From: Chiloscyllium plagiosum
Taxonomy: Eukaryota
DNA: 64,000 nucleotides
NCBI RefSeq assembly: GCF_004010195.1
Contig: NC_057752.1
Coordinates: forward strand, 12,774,381-12,838,380
Reading direction: 5' to 3'
The position numbers and the translations under genes are program-made. The notes beneath the pieces were generated by a model, which was not told the origin of the DNA, made no database searches, and saw only the letters and a program-made list of their open reading frames with translations. Shown here one piece after another: positions 52,401-64,000 of this stretch (its first letter is position 1; each line of letters starts with the position of its first letter).

Positions 52401-53105
52401 CTGAGGAAAATTGATGTACAGAGAGATCTGGGTGTTCAGGTCCATTGCCACCTTCAAGGAACAACGCAGGTCGATAGAGTGGTCAAGAAGGCATACATCG
52501 GACGGGGTATTGAGTACAAGGGTTGGCAGGTCATGTTACAGTTGTATAGGACTTTGGTTCGGCTACATTTGGAATACTGCGTACAGTTCTGGTCGCCACA
52601 TTACCAAAAGGATGTGGATGCTTTGGAGAGGGAGCAGAGGCGGTTCACCAGGATGTTGTCTGGTATGGAGGGTGCTGGCTATGAAGAGAGGTTGAGTAGA
52701 TTAGGATTATTTTCGTTAGAAAGAAGGAGGTTGAGGGGGGTGACCTGGTTGAGGTCTACAAAATCATGAGCGGTTTAGACAGGGTGGATAGCAAGGAGCT
52801 TTTTCCCAGAGTGGGGGACTCCATTATTCGGGGTCACGAGCTCAAGGTGAGAGGGGAAAAGTTTAAGGGAGATATGCGTGGAAAGTTCTTTACGCACAGG
52901 GTGGTGGGTGCCTGGAATGTGTTGCCGGTAGAGGTGGGCACGATCGCGTCATTTAAGATGTATCTAGATAGATACATGATTGGGCAGGGAGCAGAGGGAT
53001 ACAGACCCTTAGAAAATAGGCAACAGGTTGAGATAGAGGATCTGGATGGGCGCAGGCTTGGAGGGCCAAAGGGCCTGTTCATGGGCTGGAATGTTCTTTG
53101 TTCTT
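49455..53105 (+). mobile_element. Long decayed CR1 LINE: ORF1 end, ORF2 endonuclease and RT, 3' tail
   Basis: WCRREGFRF..DGLHL (ORF1); YDVIAITETWL and SDH (APE endonuclease); VPEDWRIVNVVPLFKKG, NYRPVSL and KFADDTK (RT). Confidence 0.93.
50866..51419 (-). mobile_element. Younger CR1 3' end nested in opposite orientation
   Basis: Uninterrupted LEYCMQFWSP...FKRHLDGYM frame and tail; ends at a gap. Confidence 0.92.
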
Positions 53106-53109
53106 TATC

Positions 53110-54250
53110 AGCTCTAGTTTTTAGAAATGGAAATTGAATGCAGATTACAAGATTAAAGGCAGGATTCTTGGCAGTGTGAAGAAACAGAGGGATCTTGGGT
53201 TCCACGTCCATAGACCCCTCAAAGTTGTCACCAAATTGATAGGGTTGTTAAGAAGGCGTATGATGGGTTGGTTTTTATTAGCAGGGGGATTGAGTTTAAG
53301 AGCCACAAGGTTATGCTACAGCTCTATAAAGCCCTGGTAGACCACACTTGGAATATTGTGTTCAGTTCTGGTCATCTAGTTGTAGGAAGGATGTGAAGCT
53401 TTAGAGGGTACAGAGGAGATTTACCAGGATGCTGCCTGGACTAGAGGGGCATGTACTATGAAGAAAGGTTGAGGGAGCTAGGGCTTTTCTCATTGGAGCG
53501 AAGAAGGATGAGAGGTGACTTGAGACAGGTGATGAGGTACAAGATGACGAGAGGCATAGATGGAGTGGATAGCCAGAAGCTTTTTCCCAGGGCGGAAATG
53601 TCTATTACGAGGGGACATAATTTTAAGGAGATTATGAAGGTTAAGGGGAGATGTCAGAGGTCGGTTCTTTATGCAAAGGGCAATGGATGCGTGGAATGCA
53701 TTGCTGGCAGTGGTAGTAGACTCAGATACATTAGGAACATTTAAGTGACTCTTGGATAGGCATATGGAAGATAGTAAAATGAAGGGTATGTAGGTTAGTT
53801 TGATCTTAGATTAGGATAAAAGGTGAGCACAACATCGAGGGCCAAGGGGCCTATACTACGCTGTACTGTTCTATGTTAAATGAAGTAAATCTGTTTGACT
53901 AAGTGTCGCAATTCAACCAATCCGGTAGACCATAATACATTGGAGCGGAAGAAGGCCATTCAGCCCATTGAGTCTGCTCTGCCATTCAGTGAGGTCATGG
54001 CTGATCTGATCATCCTCAGCACCATTTTCCTGCCTTTTCCCCATAACCCTTAATTCGCTTGCTGTTTAAAAATTTATCTGAGTAATGACCCAGCCTTGAC
54101 AGCCCTTTGCGGTAAAGAATTCCACAGACTCACTCCCCTCTGAGAGAAGAAATTCCTCCTCATCTCTGTCTGCAATGTGCGAGCTCTTATTCTGAGCTGA
54201 TACCCTCTGGTCCTGGACTCTCCCACTAGGGGAAACAACCTCTCCACATC
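53110..54250. mobile_element. Two further CR1 3' fragments (+ 53110-53880; - 53925-54250)
   Basis: RT C-terminal motifs and tails. Confidence 0.88.
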
Positions 54251-55074
54251 AGGATTTCATGAAAAAGGACGTTGAAAATCTCTGTGCAAAATATTGGTTC
54301 ATCAAGGCTGAGGCCCTGATATAAAGTACCTGAAGCTACCTGATCAGTGCAGAGATAATTTTAAGAACTAAGCATTACAGAATTTGGGGTGTTGGGGTGG
54401 GGGGTGGTGGGCCATGTGATGAAGCCTTCCGGAATATTCACAACCAGAGGTGGGAGCCAGACTGGACACTAGGGATCAGAAAGTAGCAAGCTGCTGAATT
54501 CTTGGCACTCGAGGTTGAATGACTGCAGGCGTTAACTTAGTGTTCTGTTTTGCAGTGATGTGTTCAAAACACCCTGCCAGTTCAAATTCAATCCTTTAAA
54601 CTCTGAGGAAATCCGATATGTTCTCTTTTTCAATCAGTGTGTTATTTTTACAGTATTGGTCTTGAAACCTCTGAAAGGCCTGAGGGCCCAGGGCACCCCA
54701 GAAACCTTAAAATTAAACACTGCCGTGTGTTTTGGTTCCAAAATTAAACTTGGCTCCTATTTCTTTAAATCACAGAATGATTGTGGCTTCGAGGCCTCAT
54801 CCAGAGGCTGCACACAGCATATAATACTGCAGCAAAGGATTAGCCTTTATCAGGAGAATGCTTTAGTGATGGAGGTGCTGTCTTTGGGATGAGGTGTTTA
54901 AACTGAAGCCTCTGTCTGTCCCCTTGAGTGGCTGTAAAGGATCCCATAGCACTGTTTCAAACAAAAGAGGGAAGTTCTGCCCATTGTCCGAGCCGATATT
55001 TAACAAAAACCTATGTCTGTCATTGCTGCCTGTGGGAGCTTGCTGTGAACGAACTGGCTATGTTTCCAGCAGTA

Positions 55075-55420
55075 GCTGCGGAAAGGCAGCTAACATTATC
55101 AAAGACCTCTCCCATCCGGTAATATGCTCTTCCAACCTCTTCCGTAGGGCAAAGGGGACAGAAGCTGAACCAACACGTACCAACAGGTTCCAGAACAGCT
55201 TCTTCCCTGCTGTTATTAGACTGCTGAATGGAGTGCTCAAATTTCGAATCCAATTTTGACCTCGCTTTGTGCACCTCCTGCAGTGTAACTGATCTGCATC
55301 GCTCTGTCTGAGCACCCTATGATCTGTATGACCTTGTTTGCTATGATCTGCCTGTATTCCTTGCAAAACAAAAGTTTTTGCTGTACTTGAGTACATGTGA
55401 CAACAATAAATCAAATCCGA
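55075..55420 (+). mobile_element. Rex1/Babar-type LINE 3' end
   Basis: KAANIIKDLSHP...RTNRFQNSFFPAVIRLLN, then caataaatcaaatc tail. Confidence 0.8.
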
Positions 55421-55424
55421 TCAA

Positions 55425-56030
55425 CCTGAGGTTGTGAGAGGCACTATGAGTGCACAGTTATTTCTTGTCACATCAATGATGTATAACTTCGAGCAATCCC
55501 TGGCTAAAAGTGCTGCATGTTTTATGTGTGAGCGGAGTAGGAGAGTGGGGCACAATAGCAACCTGACTGAGAACTCCAAACTGCGTACCGACCAAGCTTG
55601 CGTCCTCAACACACTCATCTACAGTGGTGAGACCTGGACTGCAAAGAAAGCTGGGTGCTTCCTACTTTCACTGGCTTGGACATATCCTTGGCGACCTTGT
55701 GCTTCCAAGAGATGCTGAGATCCTGAAGTTATTTTTATTCGTTTTGCGGGACATGGGTGTCACTGGCTGGGCCAGCATTTATTGCCCATCCCTAGAGTTG
55801 AAGAGAAGCAGGAAGCTTGGCTGGTCGGGAAGATGGCCCAGAGAAAACAAAGGCCACAGGATTGTGCACCTTCTCAGCTTAATGTCTCCCTCTGCAACAG
55901 AGACCGACATATCATGGCAAGCAATGCTTAACATGGATATAAACACCACCGAGCAAATCATCATCTTACAGAACAGAAGAGATAAGACTTGCCCTTCGTC
56001 AGTGACAGACCATCATTTTAAATGTAACTG
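55425..56030 (+). mobile_element. Decayed RTE-type LINE 3' region
   Basis: LTENSKLR..QACVLNTLIYSGETWT motif. Confidence 0.65.
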
Positions 56031-56267
56031 ATCTGGCGGCTATATAATGTCTTTGTATAATGTGACAGTAAGTACGTGTGACTACACACTGAGCAGAATG
56101 TTATAGGGTCCTGGGCTATATTAAGATTTGTGTCAGAATTAAGAAGTCTGGTCAGACCCCTCTCAGTAAGATAATCTCACACCATCTTTCATCCTTTTGA
56201 TGGGGATGGTGAGGAGTGCCTCGGTAGGGTGTATTGAAATAAGGCTCATTTACCTTATCTCTACCAA

Positions 56268-56436
56268 GGAGAAAGTGAGAACTGCACATGCTGGAGATCA
56301 GAGTCGAAAAGTGTGGTGCTGGAAAAGCACAGCAGGTCAGGCAGCATCCGAGGAGCAGAGGAGTCGACGTTTCAGGCATAAGTCCTTCCTCATTCCTGCC
56401 TGATCTGTGCTTTTCCAGCGCCACACTTTTCGATTC
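56268..56436 (-). mobile_element. Hammerhead mini-element with partial fold-back
   Basis: Same leader as 23832-23953; degenerate core; 56395-56436 is an inverted copy of ~56303-56343. Confidence 0.8.
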
Positions 56437-57704
56437 CTGTCTTGCCAATCCCACCAAACAAGCGTCGGGAACGTCGCCATGGAAACTAGAGTGGGTATCT
56501 GGCAGATTTACCCTCTCTACCTGTTCTGAGTGGCCTTCTTGGCGGACACTGGGCACCAACATCTCAGCGCCTTCCTCCATGGGCACCAACCTCACCCACC
56601 ACACATCCATGGACATTGGCATCTGACCTGTACCAACCTCAAATTAGGATATGGTGAGAGATCTTACCAGGCCTCAGGGCGAGAAACCCTCCAAGAAAAC
56701 ACATCACAATTCGGACGCAAGTTGAATCTTGCGTTTTTTGGCTATGCTGCAGCAGAGGACGTTATTTCAAAATGAAACTTTGTTTGTGTGAACGAGGAAG
56801 CAGTGATTGTTTTTGTCTGCATGGGAGCAGAGTGTGCCTGTATTGCAACTGGTGTTTATATATTTGTCATGTGCACCATGGACATAGCAGGGAAGTGATG
56901 GCCCAATGATATTATCTTTAGACTTAGAAGCTCAGAGAATGTTCTGAGGACCTGGGTTTGAATCCTGCCACAGTAGGTGGTAGAATTTGAATTTAATTTT
57001 TAAACAAAGTCTTAAAATTAAAATCTAATTAAAATGTTGAATTTAGAGCATAATGTTGACCATGAATCCATTGTTGATTGGTGGGGAAAACCCATTAGGG
57101 GTTCACTAATGCCCTTTAGTTAAGGAAACAACTGCTGCAATGTAATTGACTCTTAACTGCCATCTGGGATGGGCATAAATGCTGTCTAGCCCCAGCGATG
57201 CCTTCAACCCATGAATGAATTTAAATAAAAAATACAGATATCAGTGTTAGCTTTAGCCTTTGCTATATTCTTGGTGCAGTTTTACTTGCATCTCTTCCAC
57301 CATTTAATTTCTTTGTCTGCCCATAGCCCTCAGTCAGTGCCAGCAAACAAACTTTGCCTTGCTATCATAACAAAGCTCAGAACAGGATTTGTAGCCATAT
57401 TCAGAAAGCATTTGGCATAAGAACCTGGGAAAGCTGGTGCTGCTCATGCTCACATAAAACCGAAAAACTGTGTGGACGCTGGAGATCTGAAACCAACACC
57501 AAAGATAGAAATTGCTGAAGAAACTCAGCAGGTCTGGCAGCATCTATGGAGAGAGAAAAACAAAGGTAGCGTTTTGAGTTTAGTGACCCTTTGCCTGAGC
57601 TAGAAGCAGTGAGGAGGTGGTCCCTGTCACTTCAACACACCAATGCGTTCCCTGGCCAATATTCTGATTTCTGGTTTGCGGCAATGCTCCACCAATTATC
57701 TTTG

Positions 57705-57996
57705 GTGAGGTGAGAGTGATAGCCCTTGACATCAAGGCCACAGTCGACTGAGTGTGACATCAAGGAGCCCTGGCAAAACTGGAATTAATGGGAATCGGGG
57801 GGGCAATCTCCGCTGGTTGGAGTCATACCTGGCACAAAGGAAGATGGTTGTGGTTGTTGGAGGTCAGTCATCTCAGCTCCAGGACATCTCTGCAGGAGTT
57901 CCTCAGGGTAGTGTCCCAGGCCCAACCATCTTCAGCTGCTTCATCAATGACCTTCCCTCCGTCATAAGGTCAGAGGTGGAGATGTTCGCTGATGAT
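57705..57996 (+). mobile_element. CR1/L2-group RT fragment
   Basis: WLESYLAQRKM, GVPQGSVPGP and FADD motifs. Confidence 0.85.
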
Positions 57997-58331
57997 TCAC
58001 TCCTCCTCCAAACTGTCTGCTCACTCCACACCACCCCCGCCCATCATCAGCATAAATGCCACCTTTTCCAAGCTGTTTCTAGCTCTGATGAAGGGTCACC
58101 GGACTCAACCTTAATTCTCTCCACTGATGTGGCCAGACCTGCTGCATTTCTCCAGTAATTTCTGTTTTAGTTAGTTAATACTGTCTGCCTAAATGGCATC
58201 AGAGTCAGGCTTGGCTAAAAACAACCTTGTGATAATGTTTTGACAGCATTTGACTGAAGACTGGAGCGTCCTCGTGGGTAAGTTCTCTCACGAAGGGATA
58301 AGGTGATCTGGTGTGTTCTTTGTTCCCACAG

Positions 58332-58575
58332 CTATCAGATCCGTGTGAAGTGACAGCAGAGCTGACGGAACGTGAGACCCTCAGTCCTGAGGGAGCGCAT
58401 TCAGGAGAAAGCAGAGAGGCCAAGAATGAACCAGGAGACCCCGAGACTGATTGGGCCCTGCCAGATGCAGCTGCTGCCCAGGGCTGTCCTGGGGCTTCAA
58501 GTCTAACAAGTGCTGCTATTTTTTCTGACTTCCCCAGCTCGCTTGCAACAGAATGCTCTTTCCCATTTGGTGAAG
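58332..58575 (+). CDS. Candidate internal coding exon (244 bp, phase 0 to 1) of an unidentified host gene
   Basis: Acceptor gtgtgttctttgttcccacag|CT and donor GAAG|gtaagg. Open frame LSDPCEVTAELTERETLSPEG...ATECSFPFGE. Non-repetitive sequence. Confidence 0.7.
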
Positions 58576-59165
58576 GTAAGGGAGATTGTCTCTGTCTCTG
58601 CTGTTGTTGATGTATTTCACAGACCTCCGGCCTCCTGGTTCCATCCTGTGTTTGTGTTGGCCTGGAGTACGAACAAGGATTCTAATACAGGACCAAAATT
58701 AGGATTCCAAAACCTAAAGGCCTGCAGCAAGCCAAGCTTGCCTTCAGTTGGGGATAGACCTGTGCCAATCTCCTTGGCTATGGTCCATCTCCCTGTTGAG
58801 ACCATGATCCTGGGTAGGGAATGTTTTTGCGCAACAGAACCCATAACTAGCTCAGTGCAACATCCTACACCAGTCACATTCTTTGCTCCAATTCTGCAGT
58901 GGAGGTTTGCTCTTGCCCAGGGCAGAATTTGATTTGGAGTCAAGCAATTATTGCAATCCAGTAAAAGGTGGCTGTGTTTTGCGCATTGGCACATGCGTTC
59001 AGACGTGTGTGTATGCATACGTATGTATCTGTGTTCGTCAGTGTGTGCGCACGCTCGCGTGTGTGCATATGTACATGTGTAGTAGAAGATGAAGTAGACG
59101 TTGGGACACTTGGCACCATTGTCTATTAAGTCCTTTTTTTGTTTGTATGGTGAAGATCCATGTGA

Positions 59166-59315
59166 GCTGAAACTTTATTGCTGGAACAATAAAGAAGGGC
59201 CTGTGCCCGAAACGTCGAATCTCCTGTTCCCTGGATGCTGCCTGACCTGCTGTGCTGTTCCAGCAATAAAGTTTCAGCTTTGATCTCCAGCGTCTGCAGA
59301 CCTCACTTTCTCCTC
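59166..59315 (+). mobile_element. Hammerhead mini-element with 23-bp 5' inversion
   Basis: 14-bp TSD gaagatccatgtga (59152-59165 and 59316-59329); aagaaGGGCctgtGCCCGAAACGTC. Confidence 0.88.
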
Positions 59316-60949
59316 GAAGATCCATGTGACGCATGTTTCAAAATGTCTGTAGGTTTGGATCTGCCCATTCATGAGCTGGAGGTTTGAGATCGAGAATGCT
59401 TCCATTTTCCCGCTGACACTGTCCCCAGCACAAATCTCAGACAGCAGCTCGATCCTTTAGCCCTTCCGAGTTTTAGATTTTATTGTCATGTGTACTCAAG
59501 CGTAGATGTTTAGTGAAAAGTGTATAATGTTGCCAGACGCAGTGCCATCTTAGGTACCAAGGTACAAAAAACTTTACAAAATAGTAAGAGATGTGAGAGT
59601 TAAAAAGTTTTGCATTATTTCATAGAACAGTAGAAAAATAAAGAAATAAGGTAATAGTTAATATTAATGTCCTTTGTAGTTTAAGCTAGGCATCCCCCAT
59701 TCCCCCTCTGCCCCCTTGATTGGGCCAGGAGGCTCCCAGACTTGAAGATTAATCTCCAGGGGACTGCTGTTCTGGAATCCAAATGAAACAGATTATCCTT
59801 GTTATTTTCTTTGACCATTGTCTTCACCCAGTAGAAAAAGATCAGTTGTGGAAAATGGAGTCTGGCTTCCATCATCCAATTGGGTAATGCAGCCAATTAA
59901 CGTAGGGAGACAGTATGTCACAAGGCGGACATGTTGGCTGACTGATGGCTGAAGTGAAGGGGCAAGATGTATGAGGAAATCTCCAGGAATTGCCTTAATC
60001 CCAGTTGGCAATCCAAATCACCCCCCCCCCCCCCCCCAGAACTCAACTTCTGATCGTTCTATCACCTCTGAGTCCAGTGCTCATCGTTATCATCAATTTC
60101 TCTCTCTTCTCAGGCATTATCTTTCCCTCCTTTACACAAATACCTTTGATCTTCATTATGAAGCTGACAAGGTCATGTGCTTGTTATGTATCCAGGTTTT
60201 GTTGTGACTGCTCCAGGAGACAGTGGAACAATGTACCGGTCACATGATAACTCCTTCAGAGGAAGATACACAGAGGCTGCAAAGGCATGAAGGCAGATTA
60301 TGGGTGGACAAGAACATGGGAGATGGAATATAACAGGACAACATGAAGCTATCCACTTTGGCAGGAAAGCTACTGATTAACTGGGAGATGTTGGTATTTA
60401 GAGGAATCTAGATGCCCTTACATATGTATCACACGCGCAGGTACAGCAAGCTATTAGAAAGTAAAATAGAACATTAGTTTTTGTTACAAATGAATTGGAG
60501 TATAACAGTATAGAAGTCCTACTGCAATTATACTGAGCATTGGTACTCATTGGTACTGTGTATTGTTTTAGCATCTGAGCTGGAAGAAGTGTATGAAAGT
60601 TCACTACATCGCATTAATGATCCAGTAATAAAACGCTCGGTTAACTCTGTGGGTTCATTTGTTTAAAACAGCAAAATACACGATCAGTTATGAACAGGCA
60701 TTACAGCAAAACAACTGAGTTTGATATGTGCAACTTGCAGAGCCACAGCAGACTGTCTACACACAGCACATGGAGTGCTTTCTAGTTGAACTTTCTTAAT
60801 AGCAAGGTGCAAAAATGGCACACAAGCCTGATACCTGTGAAAGAGATGATGAGGCTATACCTGTGTTTTAATATAGGCTTCACCTGTTCTCCAGATAAGC
60901 TCAGGCCACACTTTAAACTATTTGTTTAACTGGTGTTTATAAGCGAGGG

Positions 60950-61160
60950 GTGAGTTAGCTGATTTGCCATGCAGAGTGAGGCCAGCAACATGGCTTCAAT
61001 TCCAGCACTGCCTGAGGTTAGCATGAAAGTCACTTCTTCTTAATCTCTCCCCTCACCTGAGATGTGCTGATCCTCACATTAAACAACCACCAGTCATCTA
61101 TCTCTCTAATGAGAGAGCAACTCTATGGTCCTCGGGGACTATGGCAACTTTATCTTTATT
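60950..61160 (+). mobile_element. Third SINE family (related minus-strand copies ~21455-21500/22045-22190 and ~62845-62990)
   Basis: Shared ctctcccctcacctgag...taaac.accaccagtc and ggactatggcaacttta segments across copies. Confidence 0.6.
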
Positions 61161-61589
61161 TTTCAACAATAGAAACATGATTGTACAACGTGGTAAGCAG
61201 TGGTGTGCGTTTGATTTGACCATAGGTACACTGTCATCCAATGTTTTAAAAAACTCTATTGTAAGCTGCCCTCTTTCCGACCTTCTAGCAGAGGCTCTCT
61301 CACGTGACAGCCAAGGTCACATGCACCGTTACATCACAGCATAGTTTAGGCTCATCTGCCTATTCCTTTTAACCATATAGTCTACATTCTCTGGAGCTTA
61401 GACAAATGAGATCAAAACAAAACAGAGGGAATTCTTGAGGGACATGACAGGGTAGATGCTGAGAATGTTTCACTGTGGGCTGGAAAACCTAGAGTAGGGG
61501 GATAATGCAGGACAGTGGAGTTGAGGTAGAAATTCTGGCCTGATCCTGAATGGCAGAGCAGGCTTAAGAGGCCTACTCCTGATCCAAAT

Positions 61590-62700
61590 ATGTGTAATAT
61601 CTCCAAGTTTGCAGATGATACAAAGCTGGAAGGGAGGGTGAACTGTGTGGAGGATGCAGAGATGCTTCAGTGTATTTTGGACAGGATGAGTGAATGGGCA
61701 AGTACATGGCAGATGCAGAATATTGTGGGTAAATATGAGATTATCCACTTTGGAAGCAAAACCAGGAAGGCAGATTATTCTCTCAATCGTGACAGATTGG
61801 GAAAGGGGGAGGTGCAGTGAGACCTGGGTGCTCTTGTACACCAGTCACTAAGTAAGCCTGCAGGGGGCAGCAGGAGGTGAAGGAGGTCAATAGGATGTTG
61901 GCTGAAAATGTGTTGCTGGAAAAGCGCAGCAGGTCAGGCAGCATCCAAGGAACAGGAGAATCGACGTTTCGGGCATAAGCCCTTCTTCAGGAAGGGCTTA
62001 TGCCCGAAATGTTGATTCTCCTGTTCCTTGAATGCTGCCTGACCTGCTGCGCTTTTCCAGCAACACATTTTCAGCTCTGATCTCCAGCATCTGCAGTCCT
62101 CACTTTCTCCTCCTATAGGATGTTGGGCCTTCATAGTGAGAGGGTTCGAGTACAGGAGCAGGGATGTCTTGCTGCAGTTGGACAGGGCCTTGGTGAGACC
62201 ACACCTGGAGTATTATGTGCAGTGTGGGTCTCCTTATCTGAGGAAGGATGTTCTGGTGATGGAGGGAGTACAGCAAAGGTTTCCCAGACTGATTCCTGGA
62301 TGGCAGGACTGACGTATGAAGACAGACTGGATCAGTTAGGATTATATTCACTAGACTTTAGAAGAATGAATCCTCTAAAATTCTAACAGGACCAAATAGG
62401 GTAAACACAGGATGGATGTCCCTGAGGACCAGGGGGTTCAGAGCCAGGGTCGACAGTCTAAGGGTACAGACTGAGCTGAGGAGAAATGTCTTCACCCAGA
62501 GAGTGGGGAGCCTGTGGAATTCTCTGCCACAGAAAGCATTTGAGGGTGAAATATTGAATATTTTCAAGAAGGGGTTAGATATATTTCTTAGAGCTAAAGG
62601 GATCAAAAGGTATGGGCTGAGAAATGGGAACAGGGGACTGAGTTGGATGATCGTATTGAAGGGTTGAATGACCTCCTCCTGCTCCTATTTTCTGTGTTTT
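61590..62700 (+). mobile_element. CR1 LINE RT 3' portion interrupted by a fold-back mini-element
   Basis: ISKFADDTKL motif and CR1 tail. Confidence 0.9.
61902..62114. mobile_element. Fold-back hammerhead mini-element
   Basis: 12-bp TSD ataggatgttgg (61890-61901 and 62115-62126). ~85-bp inverted arms. Intact minus-strand CTGAAGA..GAAACGTC at ~61957-61992. Confidence 0.92.
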
Positions 62701-62999
62701 AATTACTTCTATTGCTTATGTTCTGATGAACCAAGTGGCTGTGACTGTTTGAAGTCAGACCTATGTCTGTTAACACATATCGTTAGGTAAAAGACAACTT
62801 AAGGACAAACGTAAAGTCAACCTAGGCTCACACTGTCATTATAACGATGGCTTAACCTGAGGACCATCATGCCTCAAGTTAGGGGTGAGATTGCAAAGGT
62901 GGAACCTTCGTGATGACTGATGCCAGTGTGGGAATTAAACCCATGCTGTTGACATCACTTTGTATCAGCAGCATCTAACCAGTGGAGCTAAGAGAGAGA

Positions 63000-64000
63000 G
63001 AAAGAAACTGACACCACAGAGAACTTGCACAGTTACTGCCTTTGCTGTTTGGATTCATGTATCGCTGGACATCGGAGTGCATCTGGGAAAATCAACAAAC
63101 AGTGAAATTTACAAATGATCTTGGAGGAACTGTTTGGGCGAAGTCACAGCACGGAAACAGATAAGTGAATAGTTTTAACCTGGAGCAGTGTTTTGTAGAG
63201 GAATAAGACGGTGTTATTTTCTGGTAGATTGTGAAGGAACAAAAATGGCCTTCAGTAGAGCGATATGCACTTCTCGTCAGATGTGGGAGTTTAAGGGTTA
63301 CTGTGAATCTGCAATAAATGCTGTTGGTTGCGAATCCTATCAGATCGAATGGATCGGTTGGGGAGACAGTTAGAGGCAATGAGGAGTTTGCAACAGCAAC
63401 GGTATGTGATGGATGGCAGTTATAGGAAGGGAGAAAAGTCACAGATACAGTCACATAGGTGGGTTAAATCCAGGAAAGGTAAGAGAGGGAGGCAGTTAGT
63501 GCAGGAATCTTCTATGGCTATCCCCATTTCAAACAAGTGTGCTGTTTTGGAAAATGTAGGGGGTGATGGATTCTCAGGGGAATGTAGCATGAACAGCCAA
63601 GTTTCTGGTATTGAGACTGGCTTTAATGCAACGAGGGGTATGTTGGCTTCCAAGAGATCGATTGTCGTAGGGGACTCTCTAGTCTGAGGAACAGACAGAC
63701 GTTTCTGTGGCCAGCAGTGAAAAAGCAGAATGATGTGTTGTTTCACTGGTGCCAGATCAAGGATGTCTCGGAGAAGGTGCAGAATGTTCTCAAGGGGGAG
63801 AGGGGCCAGCAAGAGGTCATTGTCCAAATTGCAACCAACGACATAGGAAGGGAAAAGGTTGAGATTCTGATTGGAGATTACAGAGAGTTAGGCAGGAATT
63901 TAAAAAGGAGATCCTCAAGGGTAGTAATATCTAGATTACTCGTGGTGCTACGAGCTAGTGAGGGCAGGAATAGGAGGATAGAGCAGATGAATGCATGGCT
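63000..64000 (+). mobile_element. CR1 LINE 5' UTR and decayed ORF1 (Cys-rich region plus SGNH esterase-like domain)
   Basis: MAFSRAICTSRQMWEF, PISNK.AVL and IVVGDSLV*GTDRRFCG motifs, with stops and frameshifts. Confidence 0.85.

Overview
This is vertebrate genomic DNA, almost certainly from a cartilaginous fish (shark), judged by the abundance of HE1/V-SINE-type SINEs and CR1 LINE fragments. It is mostly repeats and has three assembly gaps (2155-2654, 36240-37107, 51420-51654). Main contents: many decayed CR1 LINEs (some nested), several tRNA-derived SINE families, Rex1/Babar, RTE and Gypsy remnants, a 6.2-kb 40-bp satellite and two minisatellites. Host-gene evidence is limited to two phase-compatible minus-strand exons at 1-654, one well-bounded plus-strand exon at 58332-58575 and CpG-rich promoter-like patches at about 26.4 kb and 39.3-39.9 kb; I could not name these genes. 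The most striking signal is a dense population of Penelope-like element (PLE) pieces carrying minimal hammerhead-ribozyme motifs (CTGANGA-stem II-GAAA-palindromic stem III-NUH) from several distinct families. These include a recurrent, TSD-flanked, 120-210-bp ribozyme mini-element with a fixed 3' end that often folds back on itself, and one circularly permuted copy. Nearly all ORFs in the supplied track are spurious or are transposon fragments. All family assignments come from recognising sequence by eye; no searches were run.
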